A stretch of DNA of 64,000 nucleotides from Solirubrobacteraceae bacterium (lineage in GTDB: Bacteria; Actinomycetota; Thermoleophilia; Solirubrobacterales; Solirubrobacteraceae): positions 20,356-84,355 of the forward strand of contig JAXDGI010000007.1 in the NCBI GenBank assembly GCA_034665145.1, written 5' to 3'. A program made the position numbers and the translations under genes. Below the pieces are notes generated by a model, which did no database searches, had not been told where the DNA came from, and saw nothing but the letters and a program-made list of their open reading frames with translations. This document shows, one piece after another, positions 1-12,000 of the stretch. The stretch's first letter is position 1, and the number at the start of each line of letters is the position of its first letter.

Positions 1-3000
1 GGCGACCGCTCAGGGCCGAGCCGACCTGGCTCTGACCGTCCGCGCTCGGGACCGTGAGGATCGAGATCGCCCCCGGCGTGCTCACCGCCAGGGTGCCGCC
101 GGTCGCCGCCAGCGTCGAACCGGCGATGGTGATCGAGCCTCCGGCGGTGACGGTGACCGGGCCGTTGGCGGACGTCACCGACGAGCTCGCGGATCCGTAT
201 TGGAGGGTGATGGTGCCGGGCGCGGTCACGGTCGTGCCCGCCGCCGACGCGGCGCTTGAGCCGGTGAGGGCGAGGTCGCTGCTGGAGTGCAGGTACGTCG
301 TGCCCTGAGTCGAGCTCGCGTGCGAACCGATCAGGGTGAGGACGCCTCCGGCGGTCACCGACAGGGCCGAGCAGCCGCTCGTCGAGGTGCACCAGGCGTT
401 CTGACCGGCGGCGTCGCTACCGGTCGCGCCGAAGCTCGAGTCTGAGAACACGAGCGCGCCGGGAGAGCTGATCTGCAGCACCGAGTTGGTGACGTTGAAG
501 CCCGAGAAGGTGTCGGTGCCCGTCACCCCGGTGAACAGGATCGCCGTCACCGAGGAGCCGCTGTAGGTGTCGGGGCCGGCCGTGATCGAGAAGCCCGCCG
601 CGGTGCCCGCACCCGAGATCGTGTCTCCGGAGATCGGATCGGTGATGTAGAGCACGTCGGGGCCGCTGCCGCCGGTGATCTGGCTGGAGCCCTGGCCTCG
701 GGTCAGGTAGACCTTGTTGCTGCCGCTGCCCAGGGTGATCGTGCCGGCCGGGCCGGTGATCGTCTCGTTGCCGTTGCCGCCGTGGATCGTGTCTGACGTG
801 TTGCCGCCGAAGATGACGTCGGGGCCGCCGCCGCCGTAGATCGTCACCGCGCCCGTACCCACGTGCTGGATGATGTTCTGACCGGAGCCGCCCTGACCGG
901 AGTCGCTGCCGTACACCGTGCCCGAGCCGGAGCCGGACACGATGATGCTGTTGCTCCCTCCGCCGCCGGCGATCGAGAGGGTGCCGCTGCCGGCGTCGGT
1001 GAACACGTCATTGCCGGCGCTGCCGGTTCCGTAGACGGGGACCTGCACGCTCTTGTCGATGTTGAGCGTCTCCTGGCAGGGCGCGCTGCTCGTGCAGGCC
1101 TGCCCCGACCAGTCCGCGGTCACCGAATGCACGTGCTGGAAGACACTGGTGCGCCCGAACGCGTCCACCTCGATGATCGCGTCGCCGGCCGAGCCGCCGA
1201 TCTGCTTGATCAGGTAGGCGTCGTTGTTGCCGGCGCCACCGATGTTGCGCTGATTTTCCCGCGAGCCGACGTTGAGGTAGAGGTCGGTCGGCCCAGCGTT
1301 GTTGTTCCATGCGTGCGGGTCGCTCTGGGTGCCGGCCAGCCACACCGGCGCGGGCATCTCCAGATAGCCAATCGTGAAGTTCGCGTCAGCGTCGATCGAG
1401 AAGAAGAAGAAGCTGACGGAGATGTGGACGCTCAGCGTGATCGGCACTGATCCGTTGGTCGAGCTGCCCGAGTCGGCCTTGAAGTCGAAACTGAGGCCGA
1501 CGCTGGCCAGCGAGATGCCGAAGGCGTTGACCCCGACACTGGCGCCGCCGCCCAGCTCGAACCGGTAGGCGTCGGCGCTGCCGAGCATGTAGTGCTGCGA
1601 GCTGACGTGGAACCAGAAGTTGCCCGACAGACCAAAGCTGTCAGAGCCGATGGTCATCCCGCCGTTGAGGTCAAGGCTGAAGTTGCCCGAGCTGTCGAGG
1701 GACAGCGACCCGGCGAGGGTGGCGATACCGAAGAAGCTCATGCTCGCGTTGGCCGACAGCGACCATGTATTCGGGCCAGCCACCCCGACCGCGATGGTTA
1801 GGCCGGCGTTGAAGTTGATGACTTTCAACAGCTCGACCTTGCCGGTGAGGCTGAGGTAGAACGAGCTGGGGGCGATGCCGAGCATCGTCTGCCCGCCGGT
1901 GTTGATCTGAAGGGTCCCGCTGGCGTCGATCGTGAACACCGCGGCGTCGGCGGTGGCGTGGACCTGGAGGCTGAGGGCCAGGCCGCCCGAGTAGACCGAC
2001 GCCGCGCCGCTGGCGCTGAAGTTCAGCGGGCCGAGCACGAACGAGAGCTGGAAGGCGATCTGCAGGCCGCCGGGGCCGATCGTGATCATGGCCGAGCCGC
2101 TGGCGGTGGCGAAGCTCCCGAAGCCGATCGTGGCGGTGATGGCCAGCGTGAAGCCCGGCTGGATGGTCACCGGGTTGGAGGTCCCGAACTGCTGGGCGGC
2201 GCCGGTGGTGTTGAGCTGGACCGTGGCCGTGGCCGAGGCGAAGCTGAGCCCGACGCCGCCGCCGAGCGCGCTCACGTCGACTGAGAAGTTGGCCAGCAGC
2301 CCGCGGCTGTCGATCGAGAAGCCGCTGTTGACGATGTTGATGGCGCCCAGCGGACCGAGGTCCATCGCGCCGTTGACGATCAGGCTGATGCCGGGGTTGG
2401 CGCCGGCCAGGCTGAGCGTGAACTGGACGTCGCCGTTGATGGTGATCAGGCTGCCGACCGTCAGGCTGCCGTGCATCTGCAGCAGGAAGCCGGCGGTCGT
2501 GGTGATCGTGGTGTTGACGACCTGCAGGTTGCCCGACCCATCGCGGGCAAAGCCGCCGAAGTTGCCCAGGCTGTCGGTCGTGGTCGCGAAGGTCTGGATC
2601 GTCTTGGCCGTCGTGAACGTGTTGAGCTCGAGCAGGAAGTCACCGTTCAGGTTCACGCCCGGAATCTGGTCCACGGTGAGGGCCAGGTATACGCGGCCGA
2701 CCACACCGGTCTCGGCTGGCGTCGCCCCGAGGAAGACGGTGAGGTTGAGCTGGCCGGCGAGCGCCCCCAGGAAGGAGATCTGCGTGCCGACGGCACCGGT
2801 GATCGACAGCTGCAACCCGCTCGAGCCCGCGGCCGCCTGGATCTGCACGAAGCCGTTGAGCGTGATCGCGCCACCGATGGTGATCTGAGCGTTGATCTGC
2901 GCCGAGACGTAGACCTGGCCGCCGGCCGGGGCGAGCGGGTTGCGCCCGCCGGTCAGCCCGGGAGCGGAGGCGTAGATCGCGATCGTGGTCGGGTCTCCGG

Positions 3001-6000
3001 GGTGCAGCAGGGGCAGGAACGCGCTCGGGATCTGGAACACCTGGTCCTGCAGGGTGGTGTTGAACATCACCGAGACCGTTCCGCTGATGCTGAACAGGCT
3101 GCCCACCCCGGGGATGCCGAGATCGGCGCCCGCGCCGACGGTGAGGTAGCCCGCGACCCCGGGGTTGGTTCCCGGGGTCAGTCCGGTCTGGATGACCAGC
3201 AGGCCCGTGCCCTGGCCGTAGGTGAGCTTGGCCGAGCCCGCGCCGTAGGAGACCGAGGCCGTGACGTAGATGGTCAGGCCGCCCGGGTTGATGCTGAGCA
3301 AAAAGCCGCCGTCCAGGGAGACGAGCGCAGTCGAGGTTCCCGGCGGGGTGATCGAGGCGGCGCCGGCGATCTGGACCAGGAACGAGAGCGGTTGGAGGTT
3401 GAACGTCTGGGTCGCGTTGGACCCGTTGGGGCCCAGGCCGGGCAGGCTCAGGGTGACGTCGTGCTCCTGCTGGGTGAGGTTGATCTGCAGGGTGCCGCTG
3501 CCGTACAGGAAGATCCCGTAGGGCTGCAGGGCCGAGAAGTTGGTGGCCAGCGTCGCCACGCCCCAGATCTGCGGCCCGCTGGCCACCTGATTGCTCATGT
3601 CGAGCTCGAAGAAGCCCGCCGTGGCGCCGACGGTGCCGAGCTTGTAGATGCTCAGCTGGCCGTTGAAGGTGAGCTTGAAGATCTTGTTGACGGGATCGAT
3701 CTCCAGCTTGACGTCGGCCGAGAGCTGCATGAGCGGGGAGCTCGTGAAGCCGGCGGCGTTGAGGATGATCCCGCCCGAGAGCTCGATGAAGAAGCTCTGG
3801 GCCGGGGCGATGACCGCGAAGGACGCGGTCGACGCGGTGCCCCGGTTGCCGGCGCTGTCGGTCCACCCGCCGGCGGCGAAGGTCGCCTTGACCTGACCGG
3901 CGGTGAACGCGCCCGTGTAGAAGAAGCGGAAGGTGTTAGGACCGATCTGCACGACCGGGTAGCTGCCGGTCCCGGCGACCGGGGCGATCGTACCCAGGCC
4001 GGACCCGCTCAGGGTCATCGTCGTCCCGGTCACCGTCGAGGCGTCGACGGTGTGACCGAGCGTCGGGGTCAGGGCGACGTCGACCCAGGTCCCCGAGCTG
4101 TTGATCGTGTACTGCGAGGCGGTCGGGACGTCGCCGGCGGCGGAGGCCGTCCCCGAGAAGTTGCGCCACGTACCCGCGGTGAAGCTAACGGTGAGGCCGC
4201 CGCCACCGGTGTAACCCGAGAAGAAGTAGCGGTACACGTTGCTGGCCGGATTGGTGGCCGCGCCGAGCTGGACCGGAGCGCCGACGAGGACGAGCGTGTC
4301 ACCCGCGGTGTCGGAGATCGTGAGCTGGTTGCCGGCGCCGATCGATGCGGGATCAACCGATTGGCCGCCGGTCGACGGGTAGGTGACGTCGACCCAGATG
4401 CGTCCGTTGAGCGTGACCTCGTTCTGGACGCCGCCGGCCGATGGAGAGGCGAGCGTGCCCGTCGGCGAGGCGACGGTGAACGTCTCGGTGAAAGCCTGGT
4501 TGACGATCCCGGCGCTGTCGGCGAAGGCGCCGGCCAGGAAGGTGACGGTGTAGGTGCCGACGGCGAGCGGGCCACTGAAGCCGTAGCGCCAAGTATTGCC
4601 ATTGCCCTCGCGGGTCGCAGTCCCGCTCAGCGTGACCGGGGTGCCACCCGGACCGCTGATCTGGATCTCGTTGCCCGTGATGGTCGCCGGATCGATGGTG
4701 TTGCCAACCGTCGGGGTGAAGGTGATCTCGATGTAGCCCTGACCGTTGATGACTCCGGCGCCGATCGTGCCGCCCGCCAGGGAAACCACCGTGCTCGTGC
4801 TCGTCGTCGGATCGATGACGGTCTGCGCGAGGTCGGCCGTGGCGCCGCTGACGGTGAAGCTCTGGGTCGTGCCGAGGTTCGGGGCGTGGGGAGGTCCGCG
4901 GGCCGAGGTCGACGTGATCGTGCCGCCATGGAAGGCCACGGTGACCGCCCCGGGGACGAAGCTGCCGGTCAGCAGGTAGCGGTAGATGCCGTTGCCAAGC
5001 GCGATCGGGTTCGAGCCCGAGACGAAGGTGATCGTGCCCAGGCCGATGCCACCGAGGGTGAACAGGCCGGTGCCGGGAGGGTTGTCGAGCGTGCCGCCGG
5101 TCCCCGGGCTGACCTGGACGTCAAGGTAGGTCTGGCCGGCGGGGAAGTCGGCGACCGGATGCGAGACGACGCTGTTGTACGCGGTCGCGCCGGCCGGGGA
5201 GCCGAAGTAGGACACGGCCCGGTTGGTGAAGGTCACCGACAGCGTGCTCGTCGTCGCCCCGCTGGGCATGACGACGTTGACCGGGATCGAGATGACGTTG
5301 CTGCTCCCGACCTGGACCGGCACGCGGGTGGAGTCGACGGTCACCGTCCACCCGTTGGAGGCGGAGATCGTGATGCCGGCCAGGTTGATCGAGCCCGGGT
5401 CGAGCGTGTAGCCGGTGGGGATACCCCCCGTTCCGTTCTGAGGGATCGTGATCTGGATGGTCGGGTTGACGGCGGACACGACCTGGGTGCCGCTCGGGGG
5501 GGTGGTCGTGGTCAGGACCGAGACCGTGACGTTCCCGATCGTGGGCGCGGTCGGGACGTAGTAGGACCAGCTGTTGGGGATGAAGGTCAGGGTCACCGTG
5601 CCCGTCGGGGCGGCAGCGCCGGTGAGCCAGAAGCGGTAGGTCAGCGTCCCCGATCCGCTGGCGACCTGGGTCGGTGCCTGGGCCAGATTGAGGGCGAGCG
5701 TGCCCAGGCCCGAGCCGCCGAGCACGAACTTGGGGCCGCCGCTGGTGATCGAGCTCGGGTTGATCAGGTAGCCGGCGTCGGTCGGCTCGGTGAAGACGAC
5801 GTCGATCCAGTTGCGGTCGTTGAGGACGTTGACGTCGATCGTGCCGCCCTGGCCGGGGTTGAGGATGACCGCGGTCGGGCCCTGGACGGTGAAGGAGCTG
5901 TGGATGGCGCTCGGGTTCGAGGCGCCGGCGGTGGTGTTGCCCGAGGCATCGGTCACATCGGCGTTCTTGATGGCGCCGGCGGCGATCTGGACGGTCACGG

Positions 6001-9000
6001 TGCCGGGCTGGAAGGTGACGCCGGAGCCGAGCAGGTAGCGGAAGGTCCGCGTCCCGGTCATGTCGATCGCGTGGTAGAGCAGGTCGGGGTCGCTGATCCC
6101 GCCCGAGAATGAGGAGGCGCTGAGCACGACGACCTTGGCCAGGTCGGTCACCGTGTAGACGACGTGGCCATTCACCGTCTGGGAGGTGAGCTGGAGACCG
6201 ACGTGGGAGAAGCCGGTGGCGGTGGCCGCCGCGGCGAGCATGTCCGCGGCGTTGCCGTAGTGGGCAGCACCCGGGTTGAACGTCATCACCGTCTCGGTCG
6301 TCGGTCCGTAGCGCCACACCTGGTGGTTGGTCGTATCGAGGACGAGCGGGACCGAGATCGCCCCGGCGGCGAGGGTGATCGTCTCCATCGGGATCGGGCC
6401 CGACAGCGAGATCGTGCCGGTGATGGCGCTGCCGCCGATGGTGATGTGCGCGCTCGAGGCGAAGATCGAGGCGTAGTCGAGGTTGGCTCCGGTGGCGGCC
6501 GTGTAGGTGATGTCGATGTAGTGCTGGCCGCCCGTGGCATCGGTCTGCAGGCCGGGGGCGGCCGCACCCGTGCCGGCCGCGGTCGACGTGTCGGCGACGT
6601 TGACGTCGACTGCGCCGCCATCGGGAGCCGGGGCGCTGACCGTCGCTCCGGGAGCGGTGGTCGCCGCCGCGGGCGACTGCGCGGGAGCCGCGACATCGAA
6701 GGTGACGGGCTGGCCGGAGGAGTTGGCAAAGCCCATCTGCAGCTTGCCGTACAGGGTGAGGAGCTGGACCTGATCGGGAATGTCGGCCAGGAATAGGACG
6801 ACGACCTTGCCGCTGCTCACCTGGGACAGGTCGGCGTAGAGCTTGCCGCTGATCGAGACGTTGTTGTTGGCGAAGTTGAGCTTGCCCTCGATCATGAACT
6901 TGCCGTCGGTGGAGATCATGATCGTCACCTGGCCATTGAACAGCGCCTGCGACGTGTAGATCGAGTAGATCTCGGCCGAGCCGATGATCGTCATCGGCGC
7001 GCTGAAGGCGGCAAAGAAGTTCGCCTGGCCGCCCGTCGCCCGGGCCTGGGCGGCGACCTGCTGCTGAAGGCTGGTCAGCCACTGGCCGGCGCTCAGCTGC
7101 GTGGGCAGCCCGAACTCGGGATTGCGCAGCGCGAAGGGGTCGGTGATCGACGGCAGCGTCTTGAAGAACTCCACCCCGCCGGAGAAGTTGTTGATGGTCA
7201 GGCCGGTGTTGGGATCGAGCAGGATGCCGCCGGGGATCTCGACGTTGACGAACGCCTCCAGCGGGCCGAGCTGGCTGAGGCCGACCCGGAGCGTGAAGCC
7301 GGCCATGCCGCCGATCGAGAAGCCACCCTGCAGGCCCAGGTAGAAGACCCGGTGCGCGACGGTCGTCGTCGTGTCGGACGGATCGATGATGTTGTAGGCG
7401 CTGTCGAGCTTGAGGATTCCCCCGATCAGGCCGCCGTCGAGCTGGCCGCCGAACAGGTCGCCCTTGACGGTGACCCCGAAGGCGTCGATGCCGATGATGG
7501 GGAACTGGCCCTGGAGCAGCAGCGAGGGGTCGATCTGGATGCCCTGGACGGCGCCCGAGACCTCGAGGCCGCCCAGCCCCTGGATCCCGGTGACGCTGGC
7601 CGACAGGGTGAGGATGAAGTGGCCGGGGTCCTGGGAGATGTGGGGCCACTGGATTCCGATGCTGTCGATGCGGACGGGCAGGAAGGAGGGCCACTGGAAG
7701 GAGCTGCCGGTGGCCGAGCCGACGGTGAGGAAGACACCGAAGTTGCTGCCGGCCGAGAAGCTTCCGTCGCCGAGGAAGGCGAAGTTGCGGGCGGTGCCGG
7801 TGATCTCGAGCGTGCCGATCTTGACGTCGGCGCCCACGCTGGAGAAGGAGACGAGCGGATCACTGGCCCCGGCCCCGGTGTTGAGGTTGAAGTTGGTCGC
7901 GTTCAGCGTCAGGAACGAGCCGAGCGTGATCGACATCTGCGCAACGTGGAACTGGAAGGCGGCGACCTGGCCGTTGGCGCCGAAGGTCACGGTCAGGCGC
8001 AGCGCCTCGGTGTTGGGCGTTCCGTCGGTGTTGAGAGCGCCCGGCAGCGCGCTGATCGTGGCCGAGATGGCCTTGCCGGGCAGGAAGGTCGCGCCGCCCG
8101 AGGCGAAGTAGATCGAACCGGCGGTGACCGGGCTCGAGCCCGAGAAGCTCATCGAGAAGTTCTGGACGCCGACCCGGATGTCCTTGAAGGTGAGGATGTT
8201 GCCCAGTGACACGGCGTTGCCGCTGCCGGAGTTGGACAGCGGGTCCCCGGCCGGCGCGGCGACGCCGTAGTCCAGCTCGGCCTGGCCGAGGGTGAACCCG
8301 TTCTGGCGGATGACCAGGCCGGGGATGAGTCCGGAAGCGGTGCTGGTGGCCGACACGCTGTGTCCGGCGTGCGGGTCATAGGGCCGGATCGTGCCGGTGA
8401 GGTTGAAGGCGGGGAAGTTGATCGTGGCGCTGTTGATGACGACGAGCTGCTGGTCGGCGGGACCGGCGGGGTCGTAGGCGATGGCGATGCCCGCGGCCGA
8501 CAGGTTCAAGACGCCGGGCACGGTGGCGGTCAGCGAGGCGACGCGGAGGCTGAACTTGCCGGGCAGGTTGACGCGGAAGTTGCCGCTGAGCAGCCCGAGC
8601 GCGTCGACCTGGATGTCAAACGTGCCGAGGATCCCGGTGAGGTTGACGCTGACCCCGCTGGAGCTCTGCGCACCCGAGGAGCCTCCGAAGTTCAGCCCGG
8701 CCCGGTCGGCGCCCAGGGCGATGGTCAGGTTGAGCATCCCGTCCTTGAAGCCGACGTCGGCGATCGAGATCGTCGGGCCCTGGAGGCTGATCGGCCCGAG
8801 CGCGATCGTCCGCGGGCTGGTGCCGGCGCCGGGGGCCGTGGGCGAGATGGTGAAGGTCTGGATCTGGCCTCGCTGGTTGACGACCGGAGTCACCCCGGTG
8901 CCCTCATTGGTCTGGAAGCTGCCGGGCAGGAAGGTGAGGGTCACGGTCCCGGCGCCGAACAGGCCCGCGGCTGCGTTGCTCGCCGTCTGCAGGAAGTAGC

Positions 9001-12000
9001 GGTAGGTGACCGAGGTCGCGCCGGCGTCGGTGCCGGCGATGAGCAGCGGCGCCCCGACCAGCACCGGCGTCCCGTTGGCGTTGAGGCGCACGCCGATCAC
9101 GCCGGGTCCACTGAGCATGAAGGGAGCGGTTGAACTGAGCGTGGACTTGTCAATCGGCTTGCCGTCCATGCTGCGGTAGCTGATGTCGAGGTAGCCGGCG
9201 GTGTTGAGCGCGCTTGCGGTCACCGGCTGGCCGGGCGCCGGGTTGGCCAGCGCGGCGACCGGAGCGGCTGCGGCGTTGTCGGTGGCGACGAGCGAGAAGG
9301 TGTCGACCGAGCCGATGTCCTGGACGCCGCCGGTGCCAAACGCGCCGGGCAAAAACTGGACGCTGACCACGCCGGTGGCGTTGGTCGGGAAGCCGGTGAC
9401 CGTGTAGCGCCAGGTGTTGACCTGACCGGCGACGCGGGTCGGGGTGGTCCCGATGACCAGGCCGGGAACGGTCTGGCCGCCGATCAGCACCGAGAACTTC
9501 TGCGTCTGGCTCGTCGTCGGGTCCACCCCGGCGCTGTAGGCAATGTCGATGTGATCGAGCGGGTGGGTGGCCAGGGTCTGGTCTGACAGCGTTGCCCCGG
9601 CCAGCGGGTAGGCGACCGAGGCGGTCGGGAACAGCGCGGCGGTCTGGCCCGGCCCCGACGGGTCGATGCCCGACACGCCGAACACCGAGAAGCTGCCGAC
9701 GGAGAACGACGTCATGTGGAAGCCGGTGGCGGGATCGATCGTGAAGCTGGCGCTGCCGCCGATGCTGAACACCTGCGTCCCCGACACGGTGATGCTCATA
9801 CCGGCGTTGGAGATGGCCAGGGTGAGGGTTCCGCTTGCGGACCGGCTGACGGCCAGCGAGCCGTGGATGTCGAGCACCGAGCCCACGGTGAAATGGACGT
9901 TGGCGACGGTGAGCAGGAACGTGTAGGCGGGGACGAGGTCCGTCGTGCCGCCGGTCGGGCTCAGCGGGGTGGCGGTGGTGTTGATCTGGAAGCTGACCTG
10001 GTCTGCGGTGAGCGTGAGCCCGTCGAGGCCGACGAGGGCGAGCGCGCCCGTCGCTGACAGGACGTAGAGACCGTCGGCCTTGCCCGACCCCGGGGCAAGC
10101 CGGAAGGACAGCGTCGCCTGGTTGATGAGCAGGCCGATCGCGTTGGCGTTCGTGGTCCCGTCGGAGTTGGTGTAGGGGCCGCTGCCGACGAACAGCGACA
10201 GGCCCGTGCCCGAGAAGCTGTTGTTGGACAGGGCGAAGTTGCCCTTGATCTCGAGCAGCCCGCCGAGATTGAGGTTGACGTCCTGGGCGACGACCGCGAA
10301 CGTGGTGGCGGCGTCGATCTTGATCGGGATGGCCACCCCGCCGACGGTGACGACCTGGTCCACGCTGGTGCCCGTCGTGTTGACCTCGAGTCCGAGGTCG
10401 GCGCTGCCGATCGAGCCCGAGGCGGTGCCGAGCGCGATCCCGGCGATCCCGTAGCCGCCGCCGGACTTGGGCAGGACCACGAAGGCGCCGCGCGCGTTGG
10501 AGATCGGGCCGACCGAGCTCGAGCCGTTGAACGCGATGTGGGCCACGCCGATCTCCAGCGTCGGCGTCCCGGTGCCGCCGGCCGACGGCGCCGTCCTCGC
10601 ATACTGGAAGAAGAAGTCCCCGGAGACGGAGTTGCCGGCCAGGGTGACGGTCAGGGCGTCGGCCTCGACGCGAACGTAGGGACCGGCGGCGAGGCTCAGC
10701 GTCTGGGTGGCGGGGCCGCTGGCGCCGGTGTAGTGCAGCGTGTCGCTGACGGCCGAGCTGGTCGTGTTGAACTCGATGTTGAGCGACGTCGCCGCCACCG
10801 AGAAGCCGGGGATCTGGACGAACGGACTGCCGCTCAGCTGGCCGGCGATGCCGCCGGGCAGGAGCTCGAGCGCGCCGGACGCGTTGGTGATGGCGATGCC
10901 GGCCGCGCTCGCCGGCGGATTGACCGCCGTGAAGCCGGCCGTGCCGATGATCAGGCTCGTGTGATCAAAGCCGATGCTGACCACCTTGAGGCCGTTCTGG
11001 GTCGTGGTCTGCTCAAACCAGAAATGGGCGGTGAGGCTCTGGCCGAAGATGGTCAGGTTGACCGGGGCGCTGCTCGTCCCCGCCTCCACGCGGAGGTAAG
11101 GGCCGGCAGGGAGCGTGGTGCCGCCGGTGCCCGTGACGTCGGCGACCGGATTGATGGCCGCCGGGGTGGTGTTGAAGGCGACGGTGACCGAGCCGCTGAA
11201 GGTCAGATACGAGGCGAGGGCAGTACTCGGGGTGAGGGTGGCAGTCAGCTCTCCGGCCACACCGGTGCTGGTCAGCTCCACCGTGCCCGTGGTGATCGTC
11301 GCGGTGAGGAAGGTGGTCGTCCCGTTGCCGAGCGCGAGGCTGAGGTTTGAGACGGTGAGGTAGGCGATGTCGCGCACGGGGTCGCGCCCGACGGTCACAT
11401 CGCCGGTGAGCGTCTGGCCGGCGATCCCCAGCGTGATGCTGTGGCCGCTGACCACGTAGCCCGGAGCGAGCTGGCCCTGTGTCTGGCCGGTCGTGTTGAG
11501 GGCGACCGCGAAGGTGCCGCCGACCGTGACGCCGGGGATGTTGATGGCCACGCCGGCGGTGAGCGAGCCGTAGATCCCGGCCGAGGCGATGGTCAGCGTG
11601 CCGGCGGCGTCGGAGACCACGACGAAGGCGCGCTGGCTCGTGCCGATGCGCAGGCTGCCGTTGGCCAGGGTGACGACCGTCGTGTAGCTGCCCGTGGTCC
11701 CGGTCCGCGAGACGGTCAGGTCACCGGACAGAGTCTGGCCGCCGACGGTGATCTGCGCACCCTGAGCCGAGACGGTGAGGAAGTGGCCGGCGGGCAGCGT
11801 CAGCGTTTGCGTTGCCCCGCCGACGGTGAAGACCTCGTTGACCGCCTCCGGGGTTCCGGCCGACTGCAGCGTGTTGAAGGTGATCGTGACCGCGTTGACC
11901 GCGACGGTGGCCGCGCCGCCCAGGTTGACCGTCACGCCGCCGGAGAGCTGACCGGCCGTCCCGTCGGGGGTGATGAGCAGGAGCGCCGAGCCGCCCGTGA

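Noticed and set aside
2640-7694. Arg/Pro/His-rich minus-strand ORFs 2640-3866 and 5121-7694
   Set aside because: Off-frame readings of the giant gene, a by-product of GC3 bias.
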